From: Shigella phage vb_GEC_SH_GT
DNA: 64,000 bases
Sequence record: OR887633
Direction: 5' to 3' (one strand)
Shown here: positions 19,456 through 29,714 of the stretch, piece by piece
How positions within the stretch are numbered: position 1 is the stretch's first letter
Layout: the number at the start of each line of letters is the position of its first letter
Position numbers and translations under genes: made by a program
The notes under the pieces: model-generated
What the model saw: the letters and a program-made list of their open reading frames with translations, nothing else
Told to the model about the DNA's origin: nothing
Database searches by the model: none

Positions 19456-19536
19456 AGTTTTGTGAAAAAATTTTTAATGAATTCCAGAGGTCCAGAATCA
19501 TCTATTTTTCCTAAGTATAGATTTATATTACTTGTA

Positions 19537-19559
19537 TGAAAAAGGGACCCGGAGGTCCC
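19537..19559 (-). terminator. intrinsic terminator (after gene 43)
   Basis: Minus strand GGGACCUCCGGGUCCC then CUUUUUC. Confidence 0.65.
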
Positions 19560-19572
19560 TAGATTTATTCTA

Positions 19573-22269
19573 TCAGCCAAACAGGAAGTCTAACGAAGCT
19601 TTTTCTTCATAGTCCATACCCGCCGATTCACACATACCCGCAAGCGGTTTAACAAACGATTTTTGGAACAAAGTTGAGTAGTCAATCCAAGATAGTACGT
19701 CAGAGCGAATTTCTTTTGGAAGCTCCGTCCCCGATGGCCAAGCAATGCACTTGTCACCAAATGGATTTCCCTCACGTAACGGAAGAACCATTACCTTATT
19801 TCCATCCAAAATTGGAGCTACACCTAAACCGCTAACAGCTCGACGATAAGTTAGTACACCACGAATATGGAACGGGCATTTAAACCCTGGCCAACCTTTA
19901 TCATCATATTTCGCTATATCGTTCGCGGTTTTTACTTCAGCAATAACTTTATAATCAAGTTGACGATATTCTTTCTCAAAGTTCTTATAGTATTCTTGGA
20001 CAGACTCTTCGCCTTCCTGAAGAATACGACGAATACTTTCTTCGAGAGCTTCTTGTACTGCTTTTGGTGTTGAACTCTGCTGAGTTTCCATACCCATGAT
20101 TTTTAGATGTGGTTCAGCAAATCGCTTATCTTCCATATCATAAACGTTCAGAGCATAACGTTTTTTCGCTTTCCAAAATCCACCAACACCCTTTGAACCA
20201 AGCGGAGGACAAGAAATAGCTTCACGGTCCATATGCATCAGATGCTCGCGGTTATTCATATAATCACATAACTCACGATATGCAACATCAATCATAGGTT
20301 CCATCTTTTTCTTACCAAACTGATTCATGAATTCAACTAAATCATTTTGTTCTTTAAAGCGGTCAAGACCTACTTTTTCAATTACTTTATCTACACAAAC
20401 ATATACCGAATCAGTATCACCCGCGGCGATGAAATCTTCACCATCAGTTCCACATACTTTATTCAGATATTCATTAATTTTACGAGCAATCCACTGAATA
20501 CCAACTTGACCGAAAATTGTGATAGCAGTAGCATTTCGCAAATCATAGTAACGGAAATGAATATTACCAAGAGCACCATAAAGACTGTTGATAAGAATTT
20601 TACGGTTTAGCTGATTTGTGTTAGCAAGTGTAGCTGCTTTTTCACATTCTTCGATCAGACTATTAAGAACAGATTCAGTGTAATTCGATAATTCATTTAA
20701 GAAATCATCATTGAACTTAACATATCGTTCAACTTCTGGTTTAGTTGAACAAGACCCTGCGCCTTTCATAATAATCTTTTTAATAGCTTCGGCATTCATT
20801 TCTTCGGCGAACATTTTCTTTTTCCAATCTTTACGCTGGAAAAATACTTTAGCGATTTCCTTTGGAATGATACCTTCTTGGTGCTTATCATACATCCATC
20901 CATTCGGAGAACAAGAATATTCATCACTTGGTTTAGGAGCTGTTCCTGCGATGTATTCATGAATTGGATGAACTTTGAACTGTCCGCGAATAGTCTCAGG
21001 ACTAATGTTAACCTGACGAATAATGCTAGGATACAGAGACGTCAGGTCAAAACTCATAATGTATCGACGGGCAATCGCTTTAGGTTCAAACACAAATGCA
21101 CCTGGAAAACTTTGTTTAACGTGCGAACCTTGTTGAGGAATAACCTTATGTTCACCTTTCAGTGAGTTAAAAATAATAGCGTCCCAAGTTTTAATAGGAC
21201 TCATTACACCAGAAAAAGGCATTTTAGCGTAATAAGACATACTTAAAACTAGATCAATAAACCCACGAATTTTATCAATTGCTTGAACTGATTCTACGTC
21301 AATGATGTTATAACTAATGTATCGTTGATGATTATTCTCACGAAGTTTATTAATAGGACCATCGTACGGCAATTTACCTTTTTTGGTTTCGTGCTGAGCA
21401 ACTGATTCCAAAGAGAACGATGGCAAATTAGTAAATGCGAATTTCTTGTACAAATCTAAATAATCAAGAATAGATACGCCATCAATAGAATAAATTTCTT
21501 TGCTACCGTACATATTTTGAATTAGTTTAGATTTTACTCGACCGATTGGAGAGAAGCGTTTCATACTACGTTCGCCGAGAACCATTTTAATACGATTCAT
21601 GATATACGGAACGTCAAATCCCTCAATATTCCAACCGGTAAAAATAGCAGGTCGTTTCTGTTCCCAGAGATTAATATATTCCATGAGCATATCACGCTCA
21701 TTATCGAATGGCATATAAATTACTCGGTCAAGAATTTCTTGAGGAACTTCATCACCACCTTCACAGTCAAGTTTAGCAGCTAACTTTGCATCCCATTTTG
21801 ATACTGAACCGTACATTGAATTCAACAAATCAAAGACGTAAAAACGGTCGTCAATTGAATCATAATGAGTGATAGCATCAATTTCATATTCTGCTTTCAT
21901 TGGGTCAGGAAATTTATCACCAGTAACCTCAATGTCGCAGTTAGCTACACGAACAAATTTTCGGTCATAAACAATTTCTGAACCATATGTATCACTGATA
22001 TAAGCGAGTTTAAAATCGTTCATACCGAGAGCTTCGAGACCGATGTCTTCCATTCGTTTCATCCAATCTCGTGCATCTTTCATTGATGGAAATTTTTGAG
22101 GAGCACAGTTTTTACCATAAATGTCTTTGTATTTTGACTCTTCCTTACAGTGCCTAAACATAGTCGGAAGATATTCTACTTCACGAGTACGTTCCTTTCC
22201 GTTTTCATCAATATAACGCTCAACAATATTATTTCCGACTGTTTCGATAGAGATATAAAATTCTTTCAT
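19573..22269 (-). CDS. 43: DNA polymerase gp43 (family B)
   Basis: 898 aa; exo motifs (FDIE), pol motifs DxxSLYPS, KxxxNSxYG, DTDS; uninterrupted. Confidence 0.97.
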   Translation of the reverse strand: MKEFYISIETVGNNIVERYIDENGKERTREVEYLPTMFRHCKEESKYKDIYGKNCAPQKFPSMKDARDWMKRMEDIGLEALGMNDFKLAYISDTYGSEIVYDRKFVRVANCDIEVTGDKFPDPMKAEYEIDAITHYDSIDDRFYVFDLLNSMYGSVSKWDAKLAAKLDCEGGDEVPQEILDRVIYMPFDNERDMLMEYINLWEQKRPAIFTGWNIEGFDVPYIMNRIKMVLGERSMKRFSPIGRVKSKLIQNMYGSKEIYSIDGVSILDYLDLYKKFAFTNLPSFSLESVAQHETKKGKLPYDGPINKLRENNHQRYISYNIIDVESVQAIDKIRGFIDLVLSMSYYAKMPFSGVMSPIKTWDAIIFNSLKGEHKVIPQQGSHVKQSFPGAFVFEPKAIARRYIMSFDLTSLYPSIIRQVNISPETIRGQFKVHPIHEYIAGTAPKPSDEYSCSPNGWMYDKHQEGIIPKEIAKVFFQRKDWKKKMFAEEMNAEAIKKIIMKGAGSCSTKPEVERYVKFNDDFLNELSNYTESVLNSLIEECEKAATLANTNQLNRKILINSLYGALGNIHFRYYDLRNATAITIFGQVGIQWIARKINEYLNKVCGTDGEDFIAAGDTDSVYVCVDKVIEKVGLDRFKEQNDLVEFMNQFGKKKMEPMIDVAYRELCDYMNNREHLMHMDREAISCPPLGSKGVGGFWKAKKRYALNVYDMEDKRFAEPHLKIMGMETQQSSTPKAVQEALEESIRRILQEGEESVQEYYKNFEKEYRQLDYKVIAEVKTANDIAKYDDKGWPGFKCPFHIRGVLTYRRAVSGLGVAPILDGNKVMVLPLREGNPFGDKCIAWPSGTELPKEIRSDVLSWIDYSTLFQKSFVKPLAGMCESAGMDYEEKASLDFLFG

Positions 22270-22306
22270 AGATATTCCTTAGTTTATAGCCCGAGTTATT
22301 AGGCTC
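22270..22306 (-). promoter_or_regulatory. gene 43 translational operator hairpin (autoregulatory gp43 binding site)
   Basis: mRNA reads GAGCCUAAUAACUCGGGCU-AUAAACUAAGGAAUAUCUAUG: stem-loop directly 5' of the SD and start of gene 43. Confidence 0.7.
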
Positions 22307-22329
22307 TTGATATATTATACTCCAAATAA

Positions 22330-22343
22330 GGGGCCGAAGCCCC
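22330..22343 (-). terminator. UUCG-loop hairpin (terminator/RNA stabiliser) between regA and 43
   Basis: GGGGC-UUCG-GCCCC; weak U tract. Confidence 0.45.
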
Positions 22344-22347
22344 TTGC

Positions 22348-22716
22348 TTAATTGCCAATCGTATATTTAGGAACGAGTTTCCATTCATGTTTTTGTTTAA
22401 AAGAAATAACTCGGAAGTTATTGGTTAAATCTTTCATAAAAGTTCTTTGACCAGGAACGATTTCAATCAGTCCCCAATCTTCTAACAGCCATGCAATCGA
22501 ATCACGACGAACTTCATCTTCTTCTGTCATTTCAACCTGGCGACCATCCATACGAAGCATTTCTTTAAAATGAACGATATAGTATAGTCCTTTTTTCTGA
22601 AGAATATGACAGGACTGATACAGAACTTTATCTTTATTATTAGCAATTCCCATACGAGTCAAAGTTTCTTTTACTTTCAGAAAATCTTCAGGTTTTTTAA
22701 GAGTAATTTCAATCAT
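22348..22716 (-). CDS. regA: translational repressor RegA
   Basis: 122 aa; size and position between 62 and 43. Confidence 0.9.
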   Translation of the reverse strand: MIEITLKKPEDFLKVKETLTRMGIANNKDKVLYQSCHILQKKGLYYIVHFKEMLRMDGRQVEMTEEDEVRRDSIAWLLEDWGLIEIVPGQRTFMKDLTNNFRVISFKQKHEWKLVPKYTIGN

Positions 22717-22717
22717 T

Positions 22718-23281
22718 TTACCATTCCAATGCTAGTTTTTTGAGTTGTTTCTGTTCTTTTACATTCTTAGTCACTTCTTTCAAAAAATCATCCGTGACTA
22801 AACCTTTTAGTTCTTTTAATACTAAAGGAAGTTTTCCATTTTTAGTAAGAATTGATTTATAGTTAATTGCATCATTTGTATTAACTTGATACCGCTTAGC
22901 AAGTAACTTAATAATCAATACTTCGGTAGAATCTTCGACCAGTTTTGCCCATTTACCATATCTTTTACCCCGAGGAACAGCAGCCATCAGATAATTAAAA
23001 TGGGCTTCATCGCTTAAACCTGATCCAATTAAATTCATAGCATATACAGCTGGCATGCACTCCGGAAATTGTGATAATGCATTCTCAACCATGTATTTTG
23101 AATAATCTTTTTGAGCAATAGAGCATTTAGTTTTATTATTGATAGCTCCAATTATTTCAAAAAATTCATTTTCAGCTTTTTCTTTAAAAGAATCAGCAGC
23201 GGATTGGACCGCTGTCCAATCTTTTGAATACCAAGCAACTTGATGCTCGTTTAATTGAATATCATCTTCAAATAAGCTCAT
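22718..23281 (-). CDS. 62: clamp loader small subunit gp62
   Basis: 187 aa; coupled to gp44 stop. Confidence 0.85.
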   Translation of the reverse strand: MSLFEDDIQLNEHQVAWYSKDWTAVQSAADSFKEKAENEFFEIIGAINNKTKCSIAQKDYSKYMVENALSQFPECMPAVYAMNLIGSGLSDEAHFNYLMAAVPRGKRYGKWAKLVEDSTEVLIIKLLAKRYQVNTNDAINYKSILTKNGKLPLVLKELKGLVTDDFLKEVTKNVKEQKQLKKLALEW

Positions 23282-23282
23282 A

Positions 23283-24242
23283 TCACTTCCACTGCATTTC
23301 GCATGCTAATTGAATGAAAAGATATGCTAAATGTAATTCCGTATTAGCCGCAATTCCATGATACTGGTTATTTTCACCAACAATTTCATACATACGAATA
23401 ATACTTTGTGGAGTTACGCGTGTATAGATTTCTTCGGCAAGTTTACCAACGAACCACGAATAATCAGCCGCATATTTTGGTGCTAAAGCTCTGAGTTGTT
23501 TAACATCTTTATTTTTGAGAGACTCAAGAACATCATCAATAGCACCACGATCGTTAGTAACCAGTGATAAAATACCAGCATCCAAAACACCTTTAGACGA
23601 ATAACTATCGAGCTCGCCAATAGTTTTACGAAAATCAGGAAAATTCTTTTTAACCAAAGCTGCTACAACTTTCATATCAGCTATAGCAATTCCTTCATGC
23701 TTACAGATTTCAGTCAATCGACGAATCATCTGCTTCATCATTTCAATTTTATCTTCATCGGTTGGTTGACCGAATGTAATAACTCGACAGCGTGACTGAA
23801 GCGGTTTAATAATACCATCAATATTGTTAGCAGTAATAATAATACTACAGTTTGAACTATAAGCTTCCATAAAGGAACGAAGATGTCGCTGAGACTCTGC
23901 TAACCCTGAACGGTCAAATTCATCAATAACGATTACTTTTTGACGACCATCAAATGAAGCTGCACTAGCAAAATTAGTCAAAGGACCACGAACGAAATCG
24001 ATTTTACAATCTGACCCATTTACAAACATCATATCAGCATTTACATCATGACACAATGCTTTTGCTACAGTTGTTTTACCTGTTCCCGGAGAAGGAGAAT
24101 GAAGAATAATATGTGGAATTTTACCTTTACTTGTAATAGATTTAAAGGTTTCTTTATCAAAGGCGGGAAGAATACATTCATCGATAGTAGATGGACGATA
24201 TTTCTGTTCAAGAATGTGTTCTTTTTCATTTACAGTAATCAT
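23283..24242 (-). CDS. 44: clamp loader ATPase gp44 (AAA+)
   Basis: Start trimmed to MITVNEKEH; Walker A GTGKTT, SRC motif. Confidence 0.9.
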   Translation of the reverse strand: MITVNEKEHILEQKYRPSTIDECILPAFDKETFKSITSKGKIPHIILHSPSPGTGKTTVAKALCHDVNADMMFVNGSDCKIDFVRGPLTNFASAASFDGRQKVIVIDEFDRSGLAESQRHLRSFMEAYSSNCSIIITANNIDGIIKPLQSRCRVITFGQPTDEDKIEMMKQMIRRLTEICKHEGIAIADMKVVAALVKKNFPDFRKTIGELDSYSSKGVLDAGILSLVTNDRGAIDDVLESLKNKDVKQLRALAPKYAADYSWFVGKLAEEIYTRVTPQSIIRMYEIVGENNQYHGIAANTELHLAYLFIQLACEMQWK

Positions 24243-24276
24243 AATTTCCTCATTCAAGTTTTAGTGTAAATTATAA

Positions 24277-24290
24277 AGGGCCGAAGCCCT
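24277..24290 (-). terminator. UUCG-loop hairpin between 45 and 44
   Basis: AGGGC-UUCG-GCCCU followed by UUAUAAUUUA. Confidence 0.5.
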
Positions 24291-24293
24291 TTA

Positions 24294-24980
24294 TTAAAAA
24301 TCGTGGGTAGAATCAGCTTCAAGAGCTACTACATAATTCGCGTGTTCACCTTCAAATTTAGCAGCACCTTGTTTACCTTTTGCCCAGAGCAGAAGTTTAT
24401 AATTTCCTGGTTGCATTTTCATATTTGCCATATTGATAATGAAATTAAATGTATTTTCACCATCATAATCACCAAGAGTCAAAGAATATTTAACACGAGT
24501 CAAAGCAGAATCTTCTACTTTATTAAAACCGTTAATTACGATTTTACCTTCTTTTACTGTGATAGCAATTGTATCAATCTGCAGACCACGAGATACACGC
24601 AACAGCTGTTGAAGGTCTTCAGCTTTAATTTCAGTAACAACAGATGCTACCGGGAATGGAATTGGTTTATTAGGAGCAACTACTGTACTCGGATCGGCTG
24701 CTGGCCAAAAAATTGTTGAACGGGCATCAGCAATTTTAATATTACCATCTTCTGACTGGGAAATTTCTGCATCATCATTAACGAGAGACAGAATACCAAG
24801 AAAACCGTTCAAATCGTAAATCGCTACATCAAAATCAATAGTGTCAGAAATATTTGCTTCTGCATAAGTTGTACCATTAACCGCGCGAGTCATAATAAAT
24901 TGACCGGATTTAAGCATAATACCAGAGTTAATAGTAGCGAAATTTTTGAGCAGAGCAGTAGTATCTTTAGACAGTTTCAT
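24294..24980 (-). CDS. 45: sliding clamp gp45
   Basis: 228 aa; T4 gp45 length and position. Confidence 0.9.
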   Translation of the reverse strand: MKLSKDTTALLKNFATINSGIMLKSGQFIMTRAVNGTTYAEANISDTIDFDVAIYDLNGFLGILSLVNDDAEISQSEDGNIKIADARSTIFWPAADPSTVVAPNKPIPFPVASVVTEIKAEDLQQLLRVSRGLQIDTIAITVKEGKIVINGFNKVEDSALTRVKYSLTLGDYDGENTFNFIINMANMKMQPGNYKLLLWAKGKQGAAKFEGEHANYVVALEADSTHDF

Positions 24981-25035
24981 GTAATTTCCTTCAATTCAAA
25001 TGAGATTTAATTTTATAACTAATTTAATAAAGCAA

Positions 25036-25425
25036 TTAACGATTAAAATCAGCAGCAATTGTTTCCGCAACAATTTGAGCAGCAACAATTAGACGTTCAT
25101 CTGCATTACCGCAATAATCATCTTCAAGGCGTTCACCGCATGAAGTCATAATAAATTTAGCACCAGCATTTAGAGATTCTGCCGTATGTTTGCGCATCAG
25201 TTCGATCCATTTATCACTCACTTCACGATCGATAGCTTCATAATACGCATGACGAGCAGGTGCAGATTTAATTTTGCTTTGAATAACTTCCATTGCGTTA
25301 TTAGAAAGAGACAAAACCCATGCTCGACGAATTTTATTTTGGTTTTGTGGATTTGAATCAGAACGCACGTGTTTTGGCTGAATATCTTTTACGTCAACAG
25401 TATAATTCACAGTAATTTTAGTCAT
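25036..25425 (-). CDS. rpbA: RNA polymerase binding protein RpbA
   Basis: 129 aa; assigned by size and position downstream of 45. Confidence 0.7.
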   Translation of the reverse strand: MTKITVNYTVDVKDIQPKHVRSDSNPQNQNKIRRAWVLSLSNNAMEVIQSKIKSAPARHAYYEAIDREVSDKWIELMRKHTAESLNAGAKFIMTSCGERLEDDYCGNADERLIVAAQIVAETIAADFNR

Positions 25426-25434
25426 AATACACCT

Positions 25435-25626
25435 TTAGTCATAGTAATCAGTAACAGTCCAAGCTTCATTTCTGTTGGACATTATTTTCGTATATTCTGC
25501 TTTAAATGCATTCTTAAGCATAGATTCAGTAACTATATGCTCTTCATTAGAAAAATTATTTCTCAGAATATATCGTTTTATTTCAGGAATAGTTAATAGA
25601 TGCTGTCCAGTTGAATATTCTGCCAC
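25435..25626 (-). CDS. hypothetical protein (45.2 position)
   Basis: 63 aa ORF. Confidence 0.5.
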   Translation of the reverse strand: MAEYSTGQHLLTIPEIKRYILRNNFSNEEHIVTESMLKNAFKAEYTKIMSNRNEAWTVTDYYD

Positions 25627-25636
25627 AGTTCCTCCG

Positions 25637-25644
25637 TATAAATA
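25637..25644 (+). promoter_or_regulatory. T4-type late promoter (TATAAATA) on plus strand
   Basis: Exact TATAAATA about 34 nt upstream of the plus-strand HNH ORF start, followed by SD AAGGA. Confidence 0.55.
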
Positions 25645-25677
25645 TATTTATCACTCGCTGTATCAAAAGGATATGTT

Positions 25678-26394
25678 ATGAATTATAAACTAATTTATGA
25701 AAAGTTAATCTCTAATGCTAAATCTCGAAAACTTGATTGCTATACTGAATCTCATCACATTATACCACGCTGTTTAAATGGCAGCGATGATGCTTCAAAC
25801 TTAGTAGATTTAACACCAGAAGAGCACTATGTAGCTCATCAACTTTTAGTAAAAATTTATCCTTCTGAACCAAAATTAGTCTATGCTGCTAACATGATGA
25901 CAGTTTCCACGAAATACGCTAAACGCAACAATAAAACTTTCGGTTGGATTCGTCGTAAACTCTGGGAAATAGAAAAGAATAAAGAATTCTCCCAGGAGAC
26001 ACGAAAGAAAATGTCTAATGCAGTAGCTAATAAAGCAAGACTAACTTGTCCTCATTGCGGTAAATCTGGATTAAGCGGGAATATGAATCGATGGCATTTT
26101 GATAACTGCCCTAATCACCCTAATCCTAAAGTTAGACCACCGATGTCTAAAGAACACAGAAATAATATCTCAAACGGACTTAAAGCAATCGTTCTTGAAG
26201 AAACATCCTGCGAATTCTGCGGAATGATAGGCAAGAAATGCGTTATCGCAGCGCATAGAAATTTCTGCAAGAAAAATCCAAATGGACGCAAGAAAACTGA
26301 AAAGACTGGTACTTGCGTCCATTGTGGTAAAGTTACCACTTTCGGAAATTTATCAAGGTGGCATAATGATAACTGTAAATATAAACCTAGCTAA
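25678..26394 (+). CDS. free-standing HNH homing endonuclease with triple Zn-finger-like repeats (plus strand)
   Basis: 238 aa; HNH core ESHHIIPRC...N...H; three repeats of C-x2-C...RWH-x-DNC; opposite strand to neighbours; inserted between 45.2 and 46. Confidence 0.8.
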   Translation: MNYKLIYEKLISNAKSRKLDCYTESHHIIPRCLNGSDDASNLVDLTPEEHYVAHQLLVKIYPSEPKLVYAANMMTVSTKYAKRNNKTFGWIRRKLWEIEKNKEFSQETRKKMSNAVANKARLTCPHCGKSGLSGNMNRWHFDNCPNHPNPKVRPPMSKEHRNNISNGLKAIVLEETSCEFCGMIGKKCVIAAHRNFCKKNPNGRKKTEKTGTCVHCGKVTTFGNLSRWHNDNCKYKPS

Positions 26395-28075
26395 TCTTAG
26401 CTAAACTAAATCTACCAACTTTTTCCATCTGAATATGCTGACCATATTCTTGTGGGTCATGGTCTTTATGCGAAATTATGAAGAAGTTGGTATCCTTCAA
26501 ACCATCTAAAATTTTAGCTACATTTTTAATACCTTCAGCATCAAATGCGCCGTCATACACTTCATCAAGAAATAAACAACTTATTTTAACACCTGAAACT
26601 TTTTCAGCAATATCACGCCAAGTAAATAAAAGAGCAATATCAATTCGTGCTTTTTCACCTTGACTAAATGAAGCATAACTAAAATCTTCACGACCACGGG
26701 ATTTAATTGTCTCATTAAATTCTTCATCTAATGTAAACACATAATCCGCTTCCATTATTTTAAGATAATGGTTAATCTGCTTATTAAATAATGGAATGTA
26801 CTTTTTAATAATAGCACCTTTAATACCAGAATCTTTGAGCATATCAGTCAAAATTCCTCTGTGGTATTTTTCCATTACTAAATTAGTTTTTGTCTTAACA
26901 ATTTTATCAAGTTCTTCTTGAAGCAGTGCTATTTCATCGGCATGGTCAATAAACTCAGATGATGCTTTTTCTATAGCCGCTTTAACTTTTTTAGCTTTAT
27001 CTACCGTCGTGATTAAGGATTGCTTTTTATTGCGAATATCATTTGCCAATGACTGTTGGGTTTTAATATTATCTCGGTATTCATCAACAAGAACTTTTAA
27101 ATTATCACGATGTGTTGAAAGCTGTTCAAACGAATGCGTGCATTCAGAAACTTTATCTTTAATTTTAGAAACAACTTTATCACCGGAACTTAATTGTGAC
27201 AAACAGGTTGGACATAATCCACCTTCGTGATACATATTAATGACTTTATTATACGAGTCAATTTTTGATTTAATCAAAACTGCTTCTTGACCGATTTTAT
27301 TAAATGCATCAGTCGGATCTTCATCTAAAACAATATTAACTAATCTTTCATTAGCTTCTTCTATTTCCGATTTTAGCGTTCTAGCTTCCTTTGCCAAATC
27401 ATCATACATATTCTGCAGACGAGTAAGATTGTCACCAGATAATTTTTTCTGACGTTCAACATTATCATTATATATTTTAATTTGTTGGATAATACTATCT
27501 TTTTTAACATCAAGCACTTGGTTTTGTGAATTTAATTCACGTATTAGTGCTTTATTAAGCTTATCCATTTCAGCTAATGTTCCTACTTCGAGCAGGTCTT
27601 CGACAAGCTTTCTTCTTGCAGGAGTGGATAGGCCCATGAAAGGGGTATATCCAGCCGTGCCGAGTACGACGATCTGTTTGAAACTGGCGTATGACATTCC
27701 GATAAGCTGTTCAAATTCTGCTTGGAAATCTTTACTGCTGGCAGATTCATTAAGACGTGTACCGTTAACGGTGATTTCGAAAACATTTGGTTTTTGTCCT
27801 CTTTTGATATAGTACTTTTTCTCATCATATTCCATCCACAGTTCAACTAAAAGCTCTTTCTTATTTGTACTGTTTATTAATTGACCTTTCTTTACATCAC
27901 GAAATGGCTTGCCAAAAAGCCCAAATGTGATGGCTTCTAACATAGTAGACTTACCGCCGCCATTTCGCCCAGTAATAAGAGTTTTTTGAACCTTATCTAG
28001 TTGAATGTCAATAGGATTTCCACCTACTGACATTATATTTTGATACCTAACTCGGTTTAGTTTAAAATTCTTCAC
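26387..28075 (-). CDS. 46: recombination nuclease subunit gp46 (Rad50/SbcC-like ATPase)
   Basis: 562 aa; Walker A GRNGGGKST, long coiled coil with CxxC hook, signature and Walker B at C-terminus. Confidence 0.9.
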   Translation of the reverse strand: MKNFKLNRVRYQNIMSVGGNPIDIQLDKVQKTLITGRNGGGKSTMLEAITFGLFGKPFRDVKKGQLINSTNKKELLVELWMEYDEKKYYIKRGQKPNVFEITVNGTRLNESASSKDFQAEFEQLIGMSYASFKQIVVLGTAGYTPFMGLSTPARRKLVEDLLEVGTLAEMDKLNKALIRELNSQNQVLDVKKDSIIQQIKIYNDNVERQKKLSGDNLTRLQNMYDDLAKEARTLKSEIEEANERLVNIVLDEDPTDAFNKIGQEAVLIKSKIDSYNKVINMYHEGGLCPTCLSQLSSGDKVVSKIKDKVSECTHSFEQLSTHRDNLKVLVDEYRDNIKTQQSLANDIRNKKQSLITTVDKAKKVKAAIEKASSEFIDHADEIALLQEELDKIVKTKTNLVMEKYHRGILTDMLKDSGIKGAIIKKYIPLFNKQINHYLKIMEADYVFTLDEEFNETIKSRGREDFSYASFSQGEKARIDIALLFTWRDIAEKVSGVKISCLFLDEVYDGAFDAEGIKNVAKILDGLKDTNFFIISHKDHDPQEYGQHIQMEKVGRFSLAKIS

Positions 28076-28335
28076 AAAAGATTCCTTTTAATGTATCTTT
28101 TAGACCATTCTATCATATCATCATAATCTAAAAAGTATTCATCAAATTCAGCCATGCAAACAACGCCTTGTGCTGCTTTTGATGTGATATAAATTATTCC
28201 AACATATCTAGAATCTTCTTCGGTATAATCAATATTTGCTATGAATTCATCGTTAATGTCAAATGTCGAAAACTTCACAATATGCATCCTTAATACAAGA
28301 TACAGCCATATCTTGTAATGATTTAGGTGTGTCAT
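28072..28335 (-). CDS. hypothetical protein (46.1 position)
   Basis: 87 aa ORF. Confidence 0.45.
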   Translation of the reverse strand: MTHLNHYKIWLYLVLRMHIVKFSTFDINDEFIANIDYTEEDSRYVGIIYITSKAAQGVVCMAEFDEYFLDYDDMIEWSKRYIKRNLL

Positions 28336-28522
28336 TATCTAAAATGTTGAAGTTAAAAGATACAGCCCAGTCAGTGCAGACCGTAACCTTTTTAATGCAA
28401 TTATCTTCAACCTCTAACGGTTCAAACCAATATTCAATAATTTCTTTATGCCCAATATCATCTTTTACTTCGCATTCAAAATGCTGACTCATCATAACAT
28501 TTTTAAATTCATCAAAAGTCAT
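28259..28522 (-). CDS. hypothetical protein (46.2 position)
   Basis: 87 aa ORF overlapping neighbours. Confidence 0.45.
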   Translation of the reverse strand: MTFDEFKNVMMSQHFECEVKDDIGHKEIIEYWFEPLEVEDNCIKKVTVCTDWAVSFNFNILDNDTPKSLQDMAVSCIKDAYCEVFDI

Positions 28523-29538
28523 TGTGTTGCCTCTACATATAACTGATTTGCATATTGAATAAGTGCTTCACGATCAGAATCAGTGATGTCTGGAATTGCA
28601 TTAATGTATTCTTCCATCAACGTCTGAAGAGATTGAACTTCAACTTCTTCACTATCATCTGACTCGACAGAGTTATCAATCTTTGACACAACTCGTAATG
28701 AATGCACAACTTTTTCTAGTTCAGATTCGAACTTCGTCAGATTTTTGTCTACTTCAGTTACTATAACACGCACTGACAGATTTGTAAAATCTTTATAGTC
28801 AATTTTTCCCTTAAATGGATATTGAATTCGACGATGCCAGGTAGTGTTGTTTGGAATAAATTCCATTCGTTCTGTTTCTGTATCAAACATCCAGAACCCG
28901 CGAGGGTCATTCTCGTCACCTGCAGTTAATGTCCATGGTGTCCCAATATATTTGACATTAGCAGCCTCAGAGATAGTATGGAAGTGACCAGACCACACTT
29001 CTTTGTAAGTCTTAAGGAAATCAGGTTCAAGACCGTGAGATTTCATTCCTTTATAAAAATAAAATCCATTCAGTTCCCAGTGACCAACACAAAAAGAAGC
29101 AGATGAAGTTTTGATGTGTTCAAGAATTTCACCGGTATTTTCTTCGCACATCCAAGGAATTAAATCAATCAAACATCCGTCAAAATCTACTGTAGTAGGC
29201 TTATCATATACTTTAACATTAGGATATTTAGCCAAAAGCTCAGTAGAAGCATTTGGAGTTAAAGTATTTTTAAAGTGCATATCATGGTTTCCTACAACAG
29301 TATGTAGGGTAATACCAGCATCATCAAGCATTTGAACTATTTCACGGGCGAACTCCATAGTTTTATGCGTGATTGCTTTTCGCACATCAAAAATATCACC
29401 GTATTGAATCCATGTAGTAATTCTGTTTTTCTTAGAATATTCTATCGCTTGCTTAATTCCATCCAGCTGAATAGATTGAACCCACTCATCATCAGCTTTA
29501 ACGCCTAAATGCCAATCACCTAAATTTAAAATTTTCAT
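28519..29538 (-). CDS. 47: recombination nuclease subunit gp47 (Mre11/SbcD-like)
   Basis: 339 aa; calcineurin-like phosphoesterase motifs DWHLG, GDIFD, GNHD. Confidence 0.9.
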   Translation of the reverse strand: MKILNLGDWHLGVKADDEWVQSIQLDGIKQAIEYSKKNRITTWIQYGDIFDVRKAITHKTMEFAREIVQMLDDAGITLHTVVGNHDMHFKNTLTPNASTELLAKYPNVKVYDKPTTVDFDGCLIDLIPWMCEENTGEILEHIKTSSASFCVGHWELNGFYFYKGMKSHGLEPDFLKTYKEVWSGHFHTISEAANVKYIGTPWTLTAGDENDPRGFWMFDTETERMEFIPNNTTWHRRIQYPFKGKIDYKDFTNLSVRVIVTEVDKNLTKFESELEKVVHSLRVVSKIDNSVESDDSEEVEVQSLQTLMEEYINAIPDITDSDREALIQYANQLYVEATQ

Positions 29539-29676
29539 ATATCAAGAACCGTCATTGAAATGCAAAATAAAATTATTGAAATAAATCCATCTGGAGTACT
29601 AAAGAACCCAATCCAACACGCTCTGGTGAACAAATAAAACGCTAGAAAAAGTATCACATATCCAAGAAATATCATT
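29536..29676 (-). CDS. small hydrophobic peptide (46 aa, 47.1 position)
   Basis: Hand-translated MIFLGYVILFLAFYLFTRACWIGFF...; stop overlaps gene 47 start. Confidence 0.3.
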
Positions 29677-29700
29677 ATATCAAACTCCGTATAAAGCTAA

Positions 29701-29714
29701 AGGGCCGAAGCCCT
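29701..29714 (-). terminator. UUCG-loop hairpin after agt
   Basis: AGGGC-UUCG-GCCCU immediately after agt stop. Confidence 0.45.

Noticed and set aside
19590-19775. Nested minus-strand ORFs inside larger genes (19590..19775 in gene 43; also 7292..7504, 14068..14265, 17074..17274, 17565..17774, 26115..26339, 27583..27846, 29675..29896, 46696..46890, 55763..55978, 56444..56626)
   Set aside because: Alternative frames within strongly supported genes; no independent signals.
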